A DNA stretch of 32,000 bases from the NCBI RefSeq assembly GCF_000007985.2, contig NC_002939.5:30001-62000 (forward strand), given 5' to 3'. The notes beneath the pieces were generated by a model, which ran no database searches, was not told the DNA's origin, and saw only the letters and a list, made by a program, of their open reading frames with translations. This DNA comes from Geobacter sulfurreducens PCA (GTDB taxonomy: Bacteria > Desulfobacterota > Desulfuromonadia > Geobacterales > Geobacteraceae). A program made the translations under genes and the position numbers. This document shows, in pieces, positions 8,521 to 19,540 of this stretch; positions within the stretch are counted from its first letter, which is position 1; every line of letters begins with the position of its first letter.

Positions 8521-9300
8521 TCAGTAGCAGGAAGGCCTGCGGTCGGCGAAGCAGGGTATCTGGTCGCGCCATGTCTCCATCACCTGGAAGTCGAGGGTTG
8601 CCATTGGTTCGCATGGGTCGTAGCCGCCTTCGGCCAGGAGCTCTCCCTTGGGGTCGATGATCAGGCTGGAGCCGAAGAAGTCGAGCTTGCCCTGGACTCC
8701 GCAGCAGTTGGCGGCCACCACGAAGAGCTGGTTCTCGATGGCCCGGGCCCGCAACAGCGCCCGCCAGTGTTCTTCCCGCGGTTTGGGCCACTCGGCAGGG
8801 ACGACGATGATTTCGGCTCCTTCCACCGCCAGCCGGCGCGCCAGCTCCGGGAAGCGAAGGTCGTAGCAGATGAAGACGCCGAGCCGACCCACGTGGGTAT
8901 CGACCACTAGCCACCGGTCGCCGCCGTCTAGGGAGCGGTCCTCTCCCATGAGGGAGAAGAGGTGGATCTTGCGATAGGAACCGAGCAACTCGCCACGATC
9001 AAGAACATACGCGGTATTGAAGACCTTTTCACCGTGGGGCTCCGGCATGCTGCCGACGATGACCATCTCCAGTTCCCTGGAGAGCCGGCCCAATTCCGCC
9101 ACCACTTCAGGGGTCCGCTTGGCCAGTTCGTTGAGCTCCTTGTAGGCGTAGCCGGTACTCCACATCTCGGGGAGAACCGCCAGCCGGCATCCCTGGGATG
9201 CCAGTCGCCGCAGGGCTTTCTGGACGTACGCCACGTTTGCGTCAATATCGCCGAGCCTGACAGTGAACTGTACGGCTCCTGCCTTGACGGTCCGATTCAT
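8521..9300 (-). CDS. Carbon-nitrogen hydrolase (nitrilase superfamily amidohydrolase)
   Basis: The Glu-Lys-Cys triad context typical of the family is present: LPEMWSTGY, YRKIHLF and VFICYDLRFPE. Confidence 0.85.
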   Translation of the reverse strand: MNRTVKAGAVQFTVRLGDIDANVAYVQKALRRLASQGCRLAVLPEMWSTGYAYKELNELAKRTPEVVAELGRLSRELEMVIVGSMPEPHGEKVFNTAYVLDRGELLGSYRKIHLFSLMGEDRSLDGGDRWLVVDTHVGRLGVFICYDLRFPELARRLAVEGAEIIVVPAEWPKPREEHWRALLRARAIENQLFVVAANCCGVQGKLDFFGSSLIIDPKGELLAEGGYDPCEPMATLDFQVMETWRDQIPCFADRRPSCY

Positions 9301-9417
9301 GGGAAAGCCTCCGGGTGCAGGGGATACAAACCCTGTGGATGACGAACGAGTGTACCGTCAACCCGCTTATATTTCAACTCAATAGATGGTGGACGGCCGG
9401 CTGGGCAGTGGCGTATC

Positions 9418-10584
9418 ATGGGGGACATGAACGAGCCGCTGCATCTCTACGTCCATATCCCTTTCTGCCTGAAGAAGTGCCGTTATTGCTCTTTCGTTTC
9501 ACGGTCGGACGCACCCCTGGCGATCGACGACTACGCATCACTCGTGGCCCGGGAGATGGAGATGCGGGTCGCGGCGGCGAATCCCCTCCCCCTCTCTCCA
9601 GCGACTACCCTCTATCTTGGCGGAGGGACCCCGTCGCTTCTGTCGCCGGCGGCCCTGGAGCGCATCATCGATGCGGCAGCGCGCAGCTATGGCCTTGGCC
9701 CCGGCGCGGAGATAACCCTGGAGGCCAATCCCGGCACCGTCACCTTCCAGCGGCTCGCCGATTTCCGCTCCGCGGGCGTGAATCGCCTCTCCCTGGGCGT
9801 CCAGTCCTTCGACGACGGGATGCTGGTCCTGCTGGGCCGGCTCCACACCGCCCGCCAAGCGAGAGAGGCCGTTGCGGCGACCCGTCGTGCCGGCTTCGAC
9901 AATATCGGCATCGACCTCATCCACTCGCTTCCCGGCCAGACGCCCGACCAATGGCGCGAGCAACTGGCCTGCGCCGTGGCTCTTAATCCTGATCACGTTT
10001 CGGCCTACGGTCTCACGGTTGAGGAGGGCACCCCCTTCGCGGCCATGGAGGAGCGGGGAGAACTGGTGCTGCCCGACGAAGAGCAGTCGGCCCTCATGTT
10101 CGAAGCGACGACGGACGTGCTGGTCTCAGCCGGCTTCGAGCACTATGAGATCGCCAATTTTGCCCGTCCGCACCGGCGTTCACGCCACAATCAGGTTTAC
10201 TGGCTCCGCCGAAACTACCTGGGATTCGGCGCGGGCGCCCATTCCTTTCTGCGCGCTCCGGCCTTTGGCGTGCGCTGGAAGAATACCGACGACCTGGAAC
10301 TCTATCGCGACACTCTTGCGGCGGCGGAGCTTCCCGGGGAGGAGCGGACGGTCCTTTCCCGTGCCGACGCTATGGCCGAGTTTTTTTTCCTCGGGCTCCG
10401 GCTGCTGGACGGGGTGCGGGAAGAGGACTTCGTCCGGGAGTTCGGCGATACGATGGAAAACGTGTACGGCCGCGAAATGGAACGCCTCTGCTCGGCAGGA
10501 CTCCTCATGCGCGAGGGGGGCAGGTTGAAGCTCTCCCGCCGGGGAGTCATCCTCGCCAACCGGGTATTCGCCTCCTTTCTCTGA
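9418..10584 (+). CDS. hemW: Radical-SAM HemN-like heme chaperone / coproporphyrinogen-III-oxidase-like protein
   Basis: The CxxxCxxC radical-SAM motif occurs in YVHIPFCLKKCRYCSF. GGGTPS and a HemN_C-like tail are present. The start is ambiguous between ATG 9418 and ATG 9427. Confidence 0.85.
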   Translation: MGDMNEPLHLYVHIPFCLKKCRYCSFVSRSDAPLAIDDYASLVAREMEMRVAAANPLPLSPATTLYLGGGTPSLLSPAALERIIDAAARSYGLGPGAEITLEANPGTVTFQRLADFRSAGVNRLSLGVQSFDDGMLVLLGRLHTARQAREAVAATRRAGFDNIGIDLIHSLPGQTPDQWREQLACAVALNPDHVSAYGLTVEEGTPFAAMEERGELVLPDEEQSALMFEATTDVLVSAGFEHYEIANFARPHRRSRHNQVYWLRRNYLGFGAGAHSFLRAPAFGVRWKNTDDLELYRDTLAAAELPGEERTVLSRADAMAEFFFLGLRLLDGVREEDFVREFGDTMENVYGREMERLCSAGLLMREGGRLKLSRRGVILANRVFASFL

Positions 10585-10633
10585 CCCGCCTGCGTAACTC
10601 GTGTATTCCCCCCTTCAGAAACGGGAAACCCCC

Positions 10634-10662
10634 TTGACAAAGCGGGGGTCGGTTGTTACCTT
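10634..10662 (+). promoter_or_regulatory. Sigma70-like promoter of the hrcA operon
   Basis: TTGACA at 10634-10639, a 17-nt spacer, then TACCTT at 10657-10662. It lies just upstream of the CIRCE element. Confidence 0.5.
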
Positions 10663-10671
10663 AGCAACCAG

Positions 10672-10698
10672 TTAGCACTCACGTCCCTTGAGTGCTAA
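10672..10698 (+). promoter_or_regulatory. CIRCE operator (HrcA binding site)
   Basis: Perfect TTAGCACTC-N9-GAGTGCTAA inverted repeat (ttagcactc acgtccctt gagtgctaa), 22 nt upstream of the hrcA ATG. Confidence 0.95.
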
Positions 10699-10719
10699 TC
10701 TGCTTTGTGGGGCCGAGAG

Positions 10720-11748
10720 ATGACAGATATATCCGAGCGCAACAAGCTTATCCTCGAAGCCATCATCGAGGATTACATCACGACGGCGGAGCCGGTCGGC
10801 AGCCGCGCCGTGACCAAGCGGCACGGCCTGACCCTCTCGCCGGCAACGGTGCGCAACGTCATGGCCGACCTGGAGGAGATGGGGTATCTCGTCTCTCCCC
10901 ATACTTCGGCGGGGCGGGTTCCCACCGACAAGGCCTATCGGCTCTACGTGGACTCGCTTCTGGCGGTTCGGCGCATCGACAAGGTGGAGCGGGAGCGGAT
11001 CCGCAAGCGCTACGCGGAGGCCGGCCGGGATATTGGCGCAGTCCTTCATGAAACGAGCCGATTGCTCTCCTCGGTCTCCCACTACACGGGGATCGTCCTC
11101 GCCCCCCGCTTCTCCGCCACCATTTTCCGGCACATTGAGTTCGTAAAGCTGGGAGGGCGCCGTATCCTCGTCATCCTGGTGGCCGACAACGGCACCGTCC
11201 AGAATCGGCTCATCGAATCCGACGAGGAGTTTTCCTCCGAAGAACTGATCAGGATGTCCAACTACCTGAATGAGCTTCTGGTGGGGGTGCCGGTGGGCCA
11301 GGTCCGCACGCGGATACTGGAGGAGATGAGAAACGAGAAGGTCCTTTACGACAAGCTCCTCGCCCGTGCGCTCCAGCTTTCCGAGCAGAGCCTGAATGAC
11401 GACGGCGCCCAGATCTTCATCGAGGGACAGACCAATATCCTTGAACAGCCCGAGTTCGCCGACTCGCGGCGGATGAGGGATCTCTTCCGGGCGTTCGAGG
11501 AAAAGAACCAACTGGTGGGGCTCCTGGACCGGTGCCTCAATGCCCAGGGCGTGCAGATATTTATCGGCGCCGAAACCCATCTCAGCCAGATGGAGGGTTT
11601 GAGCATCATCACCTCCACGTACCTCACGGGAAAGAACACTCTCGGCGTTCTGGGGGTCATCGGACCGACCCGGATGGGCTATGCCAAGGTGATCCCCATC
11701 GTCGACTATACCGCGAAGCTGGTCAGCAGGCTCCTGGAAGGGGAATAG
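10720..11748 (+). CDS. hrcA: Heat-inducible transcription repressor HrcA
   Basis: ORF 10705..11748. I prefer ATG 10720 (MTDISERNKLILEAIIEDYITTAEPVGSRAV...), a canonical HrcA N-terminus. It is the first gene of the hrcA-grpE-dnaK-dnaJ order. Confidence 0.92.
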   Translation: MTDISERNKLILEAIIEDYITTAEPVGSRAVTKRHGLTLSPATVRNVMADLEEMGYLVSPHTSAGRVPTDKAYRLYVDSLLAVRRIDKVERERIRKRYAEAGRDIGAVLHETSRLLSSVSHYTGIVLAPRFSATIFRHIEFVKLGGRRILVILVADNGTVQNRLIESDEEFSSEELIRMSNYLNELLVGVPVGQVRTRILEEMRNEKVLYDKLLARALQLSEQSLNDDGAQIFIEGQTNILEQPEFADSRRMRDLFRAFEEKNQLVGLLDRCLNAQGVQIFIGAETHLSQMEGLSIITSTYLTGKNTLGVLGVIGPTRMGYAKVIPIVDYTAKLVSRLLEGE

Positions 11749-11787
11749 GAGCGGTTCGGCAGATATTCGCAGGGAGGAACTATCAGC

Positions 11788-12390
11788 GTGGATAAAAAGA
11801 AACACGGCACCGTACAGAGTGCAGATGAAACCATCGCGGCCGCCGGGTTTGCCGGCGAAGCCGCTCAGGGGAAAGGCGAAGACGTGCAATCCGTTGCCGC
11901 CGAGGAGCGGATCAGGCAGCTTGAGACCGAACTGGCGGCCAAGGAGGCCGAGGCCGCTGCGAATTGGGACAAATTCGTGCGCGAGCGGGCCGACCTGGAG
12001 AACTATCGCCGTCGAACCCAGAAAGAAAAGGAAGAGCTCCTCAAGTACGGCAACGAGAGCCTCCTGCAAGACATCCTGCCAGTCGTGGACAGTATGGAGC
12101 GCGCCCTGGGCCACGCGGACAGCGAGAGCCTGTCCGCGGTTATCGAAGGGATCAGGATGACCCACGGCATGCTGTTGGGCACCCTGAAGAAATTCGGCGT
12201 GGTCGCCGTGGAGGCCGAGCGGGGAACTGTCTTCGATCCGGCGTACCACCAAGCCATGTGCCAGGTTGAGGTTTCCGAGCTCCCCCCCAATACGGTCGTC
12301 GAGGTCTTTCAGAGGGGGTATCTCCTGAATGAACGGCTTCTTCGCCCCGCCATGGTATCCGTGGCCACAGTGCCCAAGGATGCCGCGTAA
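11788..12390 (+). CDS. grpE: Nucleotide exchange factor GrpE
   Basis: GTG start at 11788 with agggagg at 11771-11777. GrpE hallmarks are present: [27 protein letters not shown] and [17 protein letters not shown]. Confidence 0.92.
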   Translation: MDKKKHGTVQSADETIAAAGFAGEAAQGKGEDVQSVAAEERIRQLETELAAKEAEAAANWDKFVRERADLENYRRRTQKEKEELLKYGNESLLQDILPVVDSMERALGHADSESLSAVIEGIRMTHGMLLGTLKKFGVVAVEAERGTVFDPAYHQAMCQVEVSELPPNTVVEVFQRGYLLNERLLRPAMVSVATVPKDAA

Positions 12391-12471
12391 AAAATTCCGC
12401 CGGCCCCTTGCTTTTGGGGAGGGCGATGACTACGTTGTTTCCAGAGAGAGACCACAAGGAGGATTATATTC

Positions 12472-14382
12472 ATGAGCAAAGTGATCGGTATCGACCTCGG
12501 CACCACCAACTCCTGCGTTGCTGTTATGGAAGGTGGTGAGCCGGTTGTCATAGCCAACGCCGAAGGAAGCCGCACCACCCCGTCCATGGTCGCATTCGCC
12601 GAGAGCGGCGAGCGGCTGGTGGGCCAGCAGGCCAAGCGTCAGGCGGTGACCAATCCGGAGAACACCCTGTTCGCCATCAAGCGGCTCATCGGCCGTAAGT
12701 ACGATACGGAAGAGGTGCGCAAGGACATCTCCATCTCCCCCTTCAAGATCGTCAAGGCCGACAACGGTGACGCCTGGGTTGAGGCCCGCGGCAAGATGTA
12801 CTCGGCCCCTGAGATCTCGGCCATGGTGCTCCAGAAGATGAAGCAGACAGCCGAGGACTACCTGGGCGAGACCGTGACCGACGCGGTCATCACCGTGCCG
12901 GCCTACTTCAACGACTCCCAGCGCCAAGCCACCAAGGACGCCGGCAAGATCGCCGGCCTGAACGTCCTGCGGATCATCAACGAGCCGACCGCCGCCGCAT
13001 TGGCTTATGGCCTCGACAAGAAGAAGGACGAGAAGATTGCCGTTTTCGACCTGGGGGGCGGAACTTTCGACATCTCCATCCTGGAACTGGGTGACGGCGT
13101 CTTCGAGGTGAAGTCCACCAACGGCGACACCTTCCTGGGTGGCGAAGACTTCGACCAGCGGGTCATCGACTGGATCGCCGACGAATTCAAGAAGGACCAG
13201 GGGATCGACCTGCGCGGCGACAAGATGGCCCTGCAGCGCCTCAAGGAGGCCGCCGAGAAGGCCAAGTGCGAGCTCTCCACCTCCATGGAGACCGATATCA
13301 ACCTTCCCTTTATCACCGCTGATGCAACCGGGCCCAAGCACCTCACCATGAAGCTGTCCCGGGCTAAGCTGGAGGCCCTGTGCGCCGACCTGCTCAACAA
13401 GCTGGAGGGGCCCTGCCGCACCGCGCTCAAGGATGCCGGTCTGTCTCCCTCCGAGGTGGACGAAGTGATTCTGGTCGGCGGCATGACACGGATGCCGGCG
13501 GTCCAGAAAAGGGTTCAGGAGATATTCGGCAAGGTTCCCAACAAGGGGGTTAACCCCGATGAGGTGGTCGCCATCGGCGCCGCCATTCAGGGCGGGGTGC
13601 TCAGGGGCGACGTGAAGGACGTGCTGTTGCTCGACGTGACCCCCCTTTCGCTCGGCATCGAGACCCTCGGCAGCGTCATGACCAAGCTCATCGAGAAGAA
13701 CACCACCATCCCGTGCCGCAAGAGCCAGGTCTTCTCCACGGCCAGCGACAATCAGCCGGCGGTAACCATCCACGTGCTCCAGGGAGAGCGGGAGATGGCG
13801 ATCGACAACAAGACATTGGGGAACTTCGAGCTGACCGGCATCCCGCCGGCGCCCCGCGGGGTCCCCCAGATCGAGGTAACCTTCGATATCGACGCCAACG
13901 GCATCGTTCATGTTTCCGCCAAGGATTTGGGCACCGGCAAGGAGCAATCCATCAGGATCACTGCATCCTCCGGCCTCTCCAAGGAAGAGATCGACAAGAT
14001 GGTCAAGGAGGCAGAAGCTCATTCAGCCGAGGACAAGAAGAAGCGGGAGCTGGTGGAAGCCCGCAATCACGCTGATACCCTCAGCTACTCAACCGAGAAG
14101 TCTCTCAAGGAATACGGGGACAAGATCGGTGCCGACGAGAAAGCCAAGATCGAGGAATGCCTGGCAAACCTCAGAAAGGCCATGGAGGGAAGCGACGTAG
14201 AGGTCCTCAAGAAGGCCACGGACGAGCTGACCCAAGCGTCTCACAAGCTGGCAGAGGCGGTCTACGCCAAAGCCCAGGCCGAAGGCGCCCAACCAGGCGG
14301 GGAAGCGGCGGGTGAAGCCTCTGCCAAGGATGAGAAGGTTGTCGACGCCGACTTTGAAGAGGTCAAGGACGACAAGAAATAA
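12472..14382 (+). CDS. dnaK: Molecular chaperone DnaK (Hsp70)
   Basis: 636 aa with [23 protein letters not shown] and [11 protein letters not shown]. The RBS is aaggagg upstream. Confidence 0.98.
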   Translation: MSKVIGIDLGTTNSCVAVMEGGEPVVIANAEGSRTTPSMVAFAESGERLVGQQAKRQAVTNPENTLFAIKRLIGRKYDTEEVRKDISISPFKIVKADNGDAWVEARGKMYSAPEISAMVLQKMKQTAEDYLGETVTDAVITVPAYFNDSQRQATKDAGKIAGLNVLRIINEPTAAALAYGLDKKKDEKIAVFDLGGGTFDISILELGDGVFEVKSTNGDTFLGGEDFDQRVIDWIADEFKKDQGIDLRGDKMALQRLKEAAEKAKCELSTSMETDINLPFITADATGPKHLTMKLSRAKLEALCADLLNKLEGPCRTALKDAGLSPSEVDEVILVGGMTRMPAVQKRVQEIFGKVPNKGVNPDEVVAIGAAIQGGVLRGDVKDVLLLDVTPLSLGIETLGSVMTKLIEKNTTIPCRKSQVFSTASDNQPAVTIHVLQGEREMAIDNKTLGNFELTGIPPAPRGVPQIEVTFDIDANGIVHVSAKDLGTGKEQSIRITASSGLSKEEIDKMVKEAEAHSAEDKKKRELVEARNHADTLSYSTEKSLKEYGDKIGADEKAKIEECLANLRKAMEGSDVEVLKKATDELTQASHKLAEAVYAKAQAEGAQPGGEAAGEASAKDEKVVDADFEEVKDDKK

Positions 14383-14389
14383 CCGAAGG

Positions 14390-14419
14390 GGAGGAGGGGT
14401 GTGAATGCACCCCTCCTCC
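14390..14419 (+). terminator. Stem-loop between dnaK and dnaJ (partial terminator / mRNA-stability element)
   Basis: ggaggaggggtg (14390-14401) pairs with cacccctcctcc (14408-14419). It is followed by tgttt, so the T-tract is poor. Confidence 0.45.
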
Positions 14420-14494
14420 TGTTTACCAATCAACCATGCGGAGCAGCAGGAGAGTGGATCTCAGTGCTGCTTTTTGCATTGGAAAGGATCGATC

Positions 14495-15616
14495 TTGGCG
14501 GCAGACAAACGCGACTACTATGAGGTTCTGGGCGTCCACAAGAATGCCTCGGATACGGAAATAAAGAAGGCCTTTCGCAAACTTGCCATCCAGTACCATC
14601 CGGACAAGAATCCCGATGACAAGGAAGCGGAGGAGAAGTTCAAGGAGATTACCGAGGCCTATGAGGTTCTTTCGGATCCTCAGAAGCGGGCCCAGTACGA
14701 TCAGTTCGGCCATGCCGGGGTCGGGGCGGGGGGCTTTTCGGGCGGCGGCTTCGGCGGTTTTGGCGCCGGCACCCCCTTTGGCGATATTTTCGGTGATATC
14801 TTCGGCGACATCTTCGGCGGCCGCCCTCGCGGCAGTCGCGGCCGCCGCGGCGACGACCTGCAGTACAACATGGAGCTTTCCTTCGAGGAGGCTGCGTTCG
14901 GCGCGGAGAAAGAAATTCAGGTCCCCTACGGCAAGCGCTGCGGCGATTGCGGAGGCAGTGGCGCCAAGCCGGGGACCGAGCCGAAGGTCTGCCCTACCTG
15001 CCGCGGCGCCGGCCAGGTGCGTTTCCAGCAGGGATTCTTCAGTGTCAGCAAGACCTGCAACCACTGCAACGGTGAAGGACGCGTGGTGGAGAACCCCTGT
15101 ACTTCATGTCGCGGCAGCGGCATGATCCGGGACACCAAGACCCTGTCGGTCAAGGTCCCGGCCGGGGTCGAAACCGGGACGAGGCTCAAGCTCTCCGGTG
15201 AAGGGGGGCAGGGAATAAAGGGCGGTGGCAACGGCGATCTCTATGTGGCTATTGCAGTCAGGGAGCATCCCATTTTTACCCGCGAGGATAACGACGTTCT
15301 CTGCGAGATCCCCGTCAGTTTCGTGCAGGCAGCCCTCGGATGCGAGATCGAAGTACCGACTCTCGACGGCAAGGTTTCCATGAAGATTCCCGAGGGGACC
15401 CAGTCGGGACGCATCTTCAGGCTGCGTGGCAAGGGGGTTCCCCAGCTCCAGGGCTACGGGCGCGGGGACCAGCTTGTCATCATCAAGGTGGAGACACCGT
15501 CAAATCTCAATAAGCGCCAGCGGGAACTTCTGGAGGAGTTCGCCCGCATCAGCGGCGAGGACGTCCATCCCATGAAAAAGAGCTTTTTCGATAAAGTGAT
15601 GGACTTTATCAGCTGA
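14495..15616 (+). CDS. dnaJ: Molecular chaperone DnaJ (Hsp40)
   Basis: ORF 14405..15616, but the first 30 codons overlap the dnaK terminator hairpin and look non-coding. A TTG at 14495, with ggaaagga 7 nt upstream, gives (M)[13 protein letters not shown], the canonical J-domain start. HPDKN, a G/F region ([14 protein letters not shown]) and four CxxCxGxG zinc motifs are present. Confidence 0.9.
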
Positions 15617-15638
15617 CAGCCGTGCCCGTTCGCCTGTG

Positions 15639-15680
15639 ACGGCCGCCATCCTCATTGAGAAATGGCGGCCGTTTCCATTT
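15639..15680 (+). terminator. Intrinsic terminator after dnaJ
   Basis: acggccgccat (15639-15649) pairs with atggcggccgt (15662-15672). It is followed by ttccattt. Confidence 0.6.
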
Positions 15681-15705
15681 CTTCCCCTCCCCTCTTCTCC
15701 CTCGG

Positions 15706-16257
15706 TCAGCCGGTCAATCGATAGGACGCCTCGCGACGGTGCAGGGCACTGCCCGCGGTTAGCGTGCTCGAATAGAGGAGGAATTCTTCGACAGTGAACG
15801 GCTCCGCACTGAGTCCCCCGTGTCTGGACTGGAAAGCGGGGAAACCCTCCGGTATGGCCTCCTTGAGGCGCGCCAGCGTTATGTGCGGGCAAAACGGGCG
15901 CTCCTCCGGGGGAATACCCGCCGCTGCAACGGCCTTTTCCACCGCGCGCTGCAGGAGGGTCAGCCGCTCATTGGGGGTAATCCCGGCCCAGATTACGCGG
16001 GGGCGTCGTGGGGAGGGAAAACAGCCGACCCCTGCCAGCGCCAGGGTAAAAGGTGGTGACGTTACGGTAGCCAGGCTGTCTTTGATCCGCTGAAAGCATT
16101 CGTCGTCGGCATTTCCGATAAAGCGAAGGGTCAGGTGGAGCTGGTCCGGGGGCACTAGGCGAACCCCGTCCAGTTCCCGGCCGAGATCGGCAAGCTGTGC
16201 CCTGACGGAACCGGGCAGATCAATGGCAACGAAAAGACGATACATAGCCTGCTCCAT
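15706..16257 (-). CDS. thpR: RNA 2',3'-cyclic phosphodiesterase (2H phosphoesterase, LigT/ThpR family)
   Basis: Two HxTx motifs are present (HLTLRF and HITLAR) and the length is about 180 aa. The start could be ATG 16257 or the M5 ATG at 16245. Confidence 0.8.
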   Translation of the reverse strand: MEQAMYRLFVAIDLPGSVRAQLADLGRELDGVRLVPPDQLHLTLRFIGNADDECFQRIKDSLATVTSPPFTLALAGVGCFPSPRRPRVIWAGITPNERLTLLQRAVEKAVAAAGIPPEERPFCPHITLARLKEAIPEGFPAFQSRHGGLSAEPFTVEEFLLYSSTLTAGSALHRREASYRLTG

Positions 16258-17313
16258 TCACTGCCTGCGGGCAAGCCGGGCATTAGCCTCCGCAGGCGCG
16301 ACGAGGTGGCTGCCAGCGGTGGAGGTGATGACCGTGCTAAAGGGGGCTGACAGACGATTCAGCCGGTCCACTACGTCCGCCGCCTTACGGCCCGTGAGGA
16401 TGGCCGGTTGAAAGCGTACCTCGCGGAAAAGAACGTTGAGAGGGATGACCTCCACAATCGGCGGTCCTTCGCCGAGGGTCACCCGGGCGATGATGCTCCG
16501 GTCTGCCGAGGGGCTCCGGCTGCCGAAGGCAAAGTTACCGAGGCTGTAAAAGATCGGGCTGCCGCGATAGATTTCGATTCCCTGGAGGACATGGGGATGG
16601 TGGCCGATGACGATGTCAGCCCCTGCATCGATAGCGCGATGGGCTGTTTCGATCTGGTAGGGCGATGGTAGCGCGGCGCGCTCCTGTCCCCAGTGGAAGG
16701 AGACGACCACATGATCGGCGCTGCTGCGGACCCGTCGGATATCCGCGAGATAGTGGCCTGCGTAGCCGGGTGCGGTGCCAGGACGTCCCTCGGTGGCGAA
16801 GAATTCGATCGGCTGGGTGAGCGAGTAGGCCAGGAAGGCGACGGTCTGCCCCCTGACCGTCACGGATGCTTCGCGTCGGGCATCAGCAATTGACGGCCCA
16901 GCGCCTGCGAAGGCGATGCCGTTACGATTGAGATGGTGAATCGTGTCGCTCAACCCATCGGCGCCAAAGTCCATCATGTGGTTATTGGCCAGTGTCATGA
17001 CCGAGAAGCCGGCCCGTTTCAGGGCCGCTGCCGCGACGGGAGAAGCCTTGAAGCGGAAACGTTTGGCGCGGAACTCGCGCCCCCCGTCGGTGAGGGGGGC
17101 TTCCAGGTTGCCCACCACCAGGTCGCTACGTCGCAGCTCTGCGGCGGTAGCGGAAAACGGATAGCTGTAGCCGTACCGCTGGAGGGTGTCAGTTGCGCTG
17201 CCGGCCAGCATCACATCACCCACAAAAGAAAGGCTGATGCGCTCGGCGAGAGCCCCCGCAGGGACTGCGAGCAGTACGAGCACTAGGGTCAATGCGGCGG
17301 GGAAGATGGTCAT
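16258..17313 (-). CDS. CapA-family metallophosphatase-like protein (poly-gamma-glutamate capsule synthesis CapA/PGA_cap homolog), exported
   Basis: ORF 16258..17595, trimmed to ATG 17313 (MTIFPAALTLVLVLLAVPAGALA, a signal peptide), with ggag upstream. Motifs are FVGDVML, ANNHMMDFG, SFHWGQE and GHHPHV. The stop abuts the thpR start. Confidence 0.8.
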   Translation of the reverse strand: MTIFPAALTLVLVLLAVPAGALAERISLSFVGDVMLAGSATDTLQRYGYSYPFSATAAELRRSDLVVGNLEAPLTDGGREFRAKRFRFKASPVAAAALKRAGFSVMTLANNHMMDFGADGLSDTIHHLNRNGIAFAGAGPSIADARREASVTVRGQTVAFLAYSLTQPIEFFATEGRPGTAPGYAGHYLADIRRVRSSADHVVVSFHWGQERAALPSPYQIETAHRAIDAGADIVIGHHPHVLQGIEIYRGSPIFYSLGNFAFGSRSPSADRSIIARVTLGEGPPIVEVIPLNVLFREVRFQPAILTGRKAADVVDRLNRLSAPFSTVITSTAGSHLVAPAEANARLARRQ

Positions 17314-17392
17314 TTCTGCTCCGGAGGCACAAAAATATTGACTAATTCGCAGGTTAGTGCTAAACACTATAACTTTCATGTCGCAAAAGTAA

Positions 17393-18673
<1,281 letters not shown>

Positions 18674-18679
18674 GCTTTC

Positions 18680-18765
18680 GGAGGGATGGCCGAGTGGTTT
18701 AAGGCGGCGGTCTTGAAAACCGTTGAACGAAAGTTCCGTGGGTTCGAATCCTACTCCCTCCGCCA
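18680..18765 (+). tRNA. tRNA-Ser (anticodon UGA)
   Basis: Hand fold: acceptor GGAGGGA/TCCCTCC, anticodon stem GCGGT/ACCGT with loop CTTGAAA (anticodon TGA), a long variable arm, a GGTTCGAATCC T-loop and an encoded CCA. It starts 6 nt after the serS stop. Confidence 0.9.
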
Positions 18766-18784
18766 TAATTAATAAACAACGATC

Positions 18785-18878
18785 GGAGAGATGGCCGAGT
18801 AGGTCGAAGGCGCTCGCCTGCTAAGCGAGTATACGGGCAAAACCTGTATCGAGGGTTCGAATCCCTCTCTCTCCGCCA
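18785..18878 (+). tRNA. tRNA-Ser (anticodon GCU)
   Basis: Hand fold: acceptor GGAGAGA/TCTCTCC, anticodon stem CTCGC/GCGAG with loop CTGCTAA (anticodon GCT), a long variable arm, a GGTTCGAATCC T-loop and an encoded CCA. Confidence 0.9.
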
Positions 18879-18931
18879 GATATCTAACAGCCCGTGTCAT
18901 TGCGGTAAGGTTCTGGAGACGAGGAGGACAC

Positions 18932-19420
18932 GTGAAGGTGTTGTTCAGGCTGGTGGTCGTTGCCCTTACCGTCATGGTAGCTGTTGCCGGGTGCTCGAAA
19001 AAGGAAGAGCAGAAAGCCGGCGGCGATGCCGGAGCACAGCACGGCCAGGCGGCAAAGAAGGAATCAGTAGTTGTTGTTCCGGATAACGTTAAGGGAAAGT
19101 GGAAGTCCGTAAAGATAGCAGTTACCGATAAGGCTGCCAACAAGGAGTCGGTTTACACCATCAACGTCGGAGCTGAGCTGGCAATTCCGGAGAGCAATCT
19201 CACGATAGCGGTAGACAATTTCCTGCCTCACTTCACGATGGACGGGACGACTCTTACCTCCCAGTCCAATGAGCCGAAGAATCCTGCCGCACAGATCCGG
19301 ATTCTGGAGGGAGGGAAAGAAGTCTTCAAAGGATGGTTGTTCTCTCTGTACCCGACAACCCATGCCTTCAACCATCCCAAGTACGGTTTTACGTTGGTGG
19401 ATTTTATACCCGCCAATTAA
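18932..19420 (+). CDS. Small lipoprotein of unknown function (possibly DUF2155-like)
   Basis: GTG start with gaggagga upstream. The lipobox is VAVAGC. The C-terminal stretch FKGWLFSLYPTTHAFNHPKYGFTLVDF resembles my recollection of the DUF2155 pattern, so the family call is tentative. Confidence 0.6.
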   Translation: MKVLFRLVVVALTVMVAVAGCSKKEEQKAGGDAGAQHGQAAKKESVVVVPDNVKGKWKSVKIAVTDKAANKESVYTINVGAELAIPESNLTIAVDNFLPHFTMDGTTLTSQSNEPKNPAAQIRILEGGKEVFKGWLFSLYPTTHAFNHPKYGFTLVDFIPAN

Positions 19421-19424
19421 CAAT

Positions 19425-19501
19425 GCGCTCGTAGCTCAGCTGGATAGAGCACCAGACTACGAATCTGGGGGTCAGGAGTTCGAATCTCTTCGAGCGCGCC
19501 A
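19425..19501 (+). tRNA. tRNA-Arg (anticodon ACG)
   Basis: Hand fold: acceptor GCGCTCG/CGAGCGC, D-arm TAGCTCAGCTGGATAGAGC, anticodon stem CCAGA/TCTGG with loop CTACGAA (anticodon ACG), a GGAGTTCGAATCTC T-arm and an encoded CCA. It starts 4 nt after the lipoprotein stop. Confidence 0.92.
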
Positions 19502-19508
19502 TTAAAAC

Positions 19509-19540
19509 AAGGGGTTACGGCTAAGGCCGTAGCCCCTTTT
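19509..19540 (+). terminator. Intrinsic terminator closing the serS-tRNA-lipoprotein-tRNA unit
   Basis: aaggggttacggc, loop taag, gccgtagcccctt, followed by tttt (19509-19540). Confidence 0.75.

Noticed and set aside
12430-14022. 530-aa ORF antisense to dnaK, and the similar 526-aa ORF at 10672..12252 antisense to hrcA/grpE
   Set aside because: Both lie exactly opposite strongly recognisable genes. Their products are low-complexity (G/L/V/D/H-rich) with no start context. Long stop-free antisense frames are a known by-product of high-GC codon usage, and antisense-of-hsp70 ORFs have been misannotated in the past.
14700-14830. Tandem [14 protein letters not shown]-encoding DNA repeat
   Set aside because: This is the normal Gly/Phe-rich linker of DnaJ, not a mobile or variable repeat.
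17339-17375. CIRCE-like half-site (ttagtgctaa) in the serS upstream region
   Set aside because: Only the right half resembles GAGTGCTAA. There is no matching left arm at 9-nt spacing. It more likely overlaps a TTGACT / TGcTAAACA promoter by chance.
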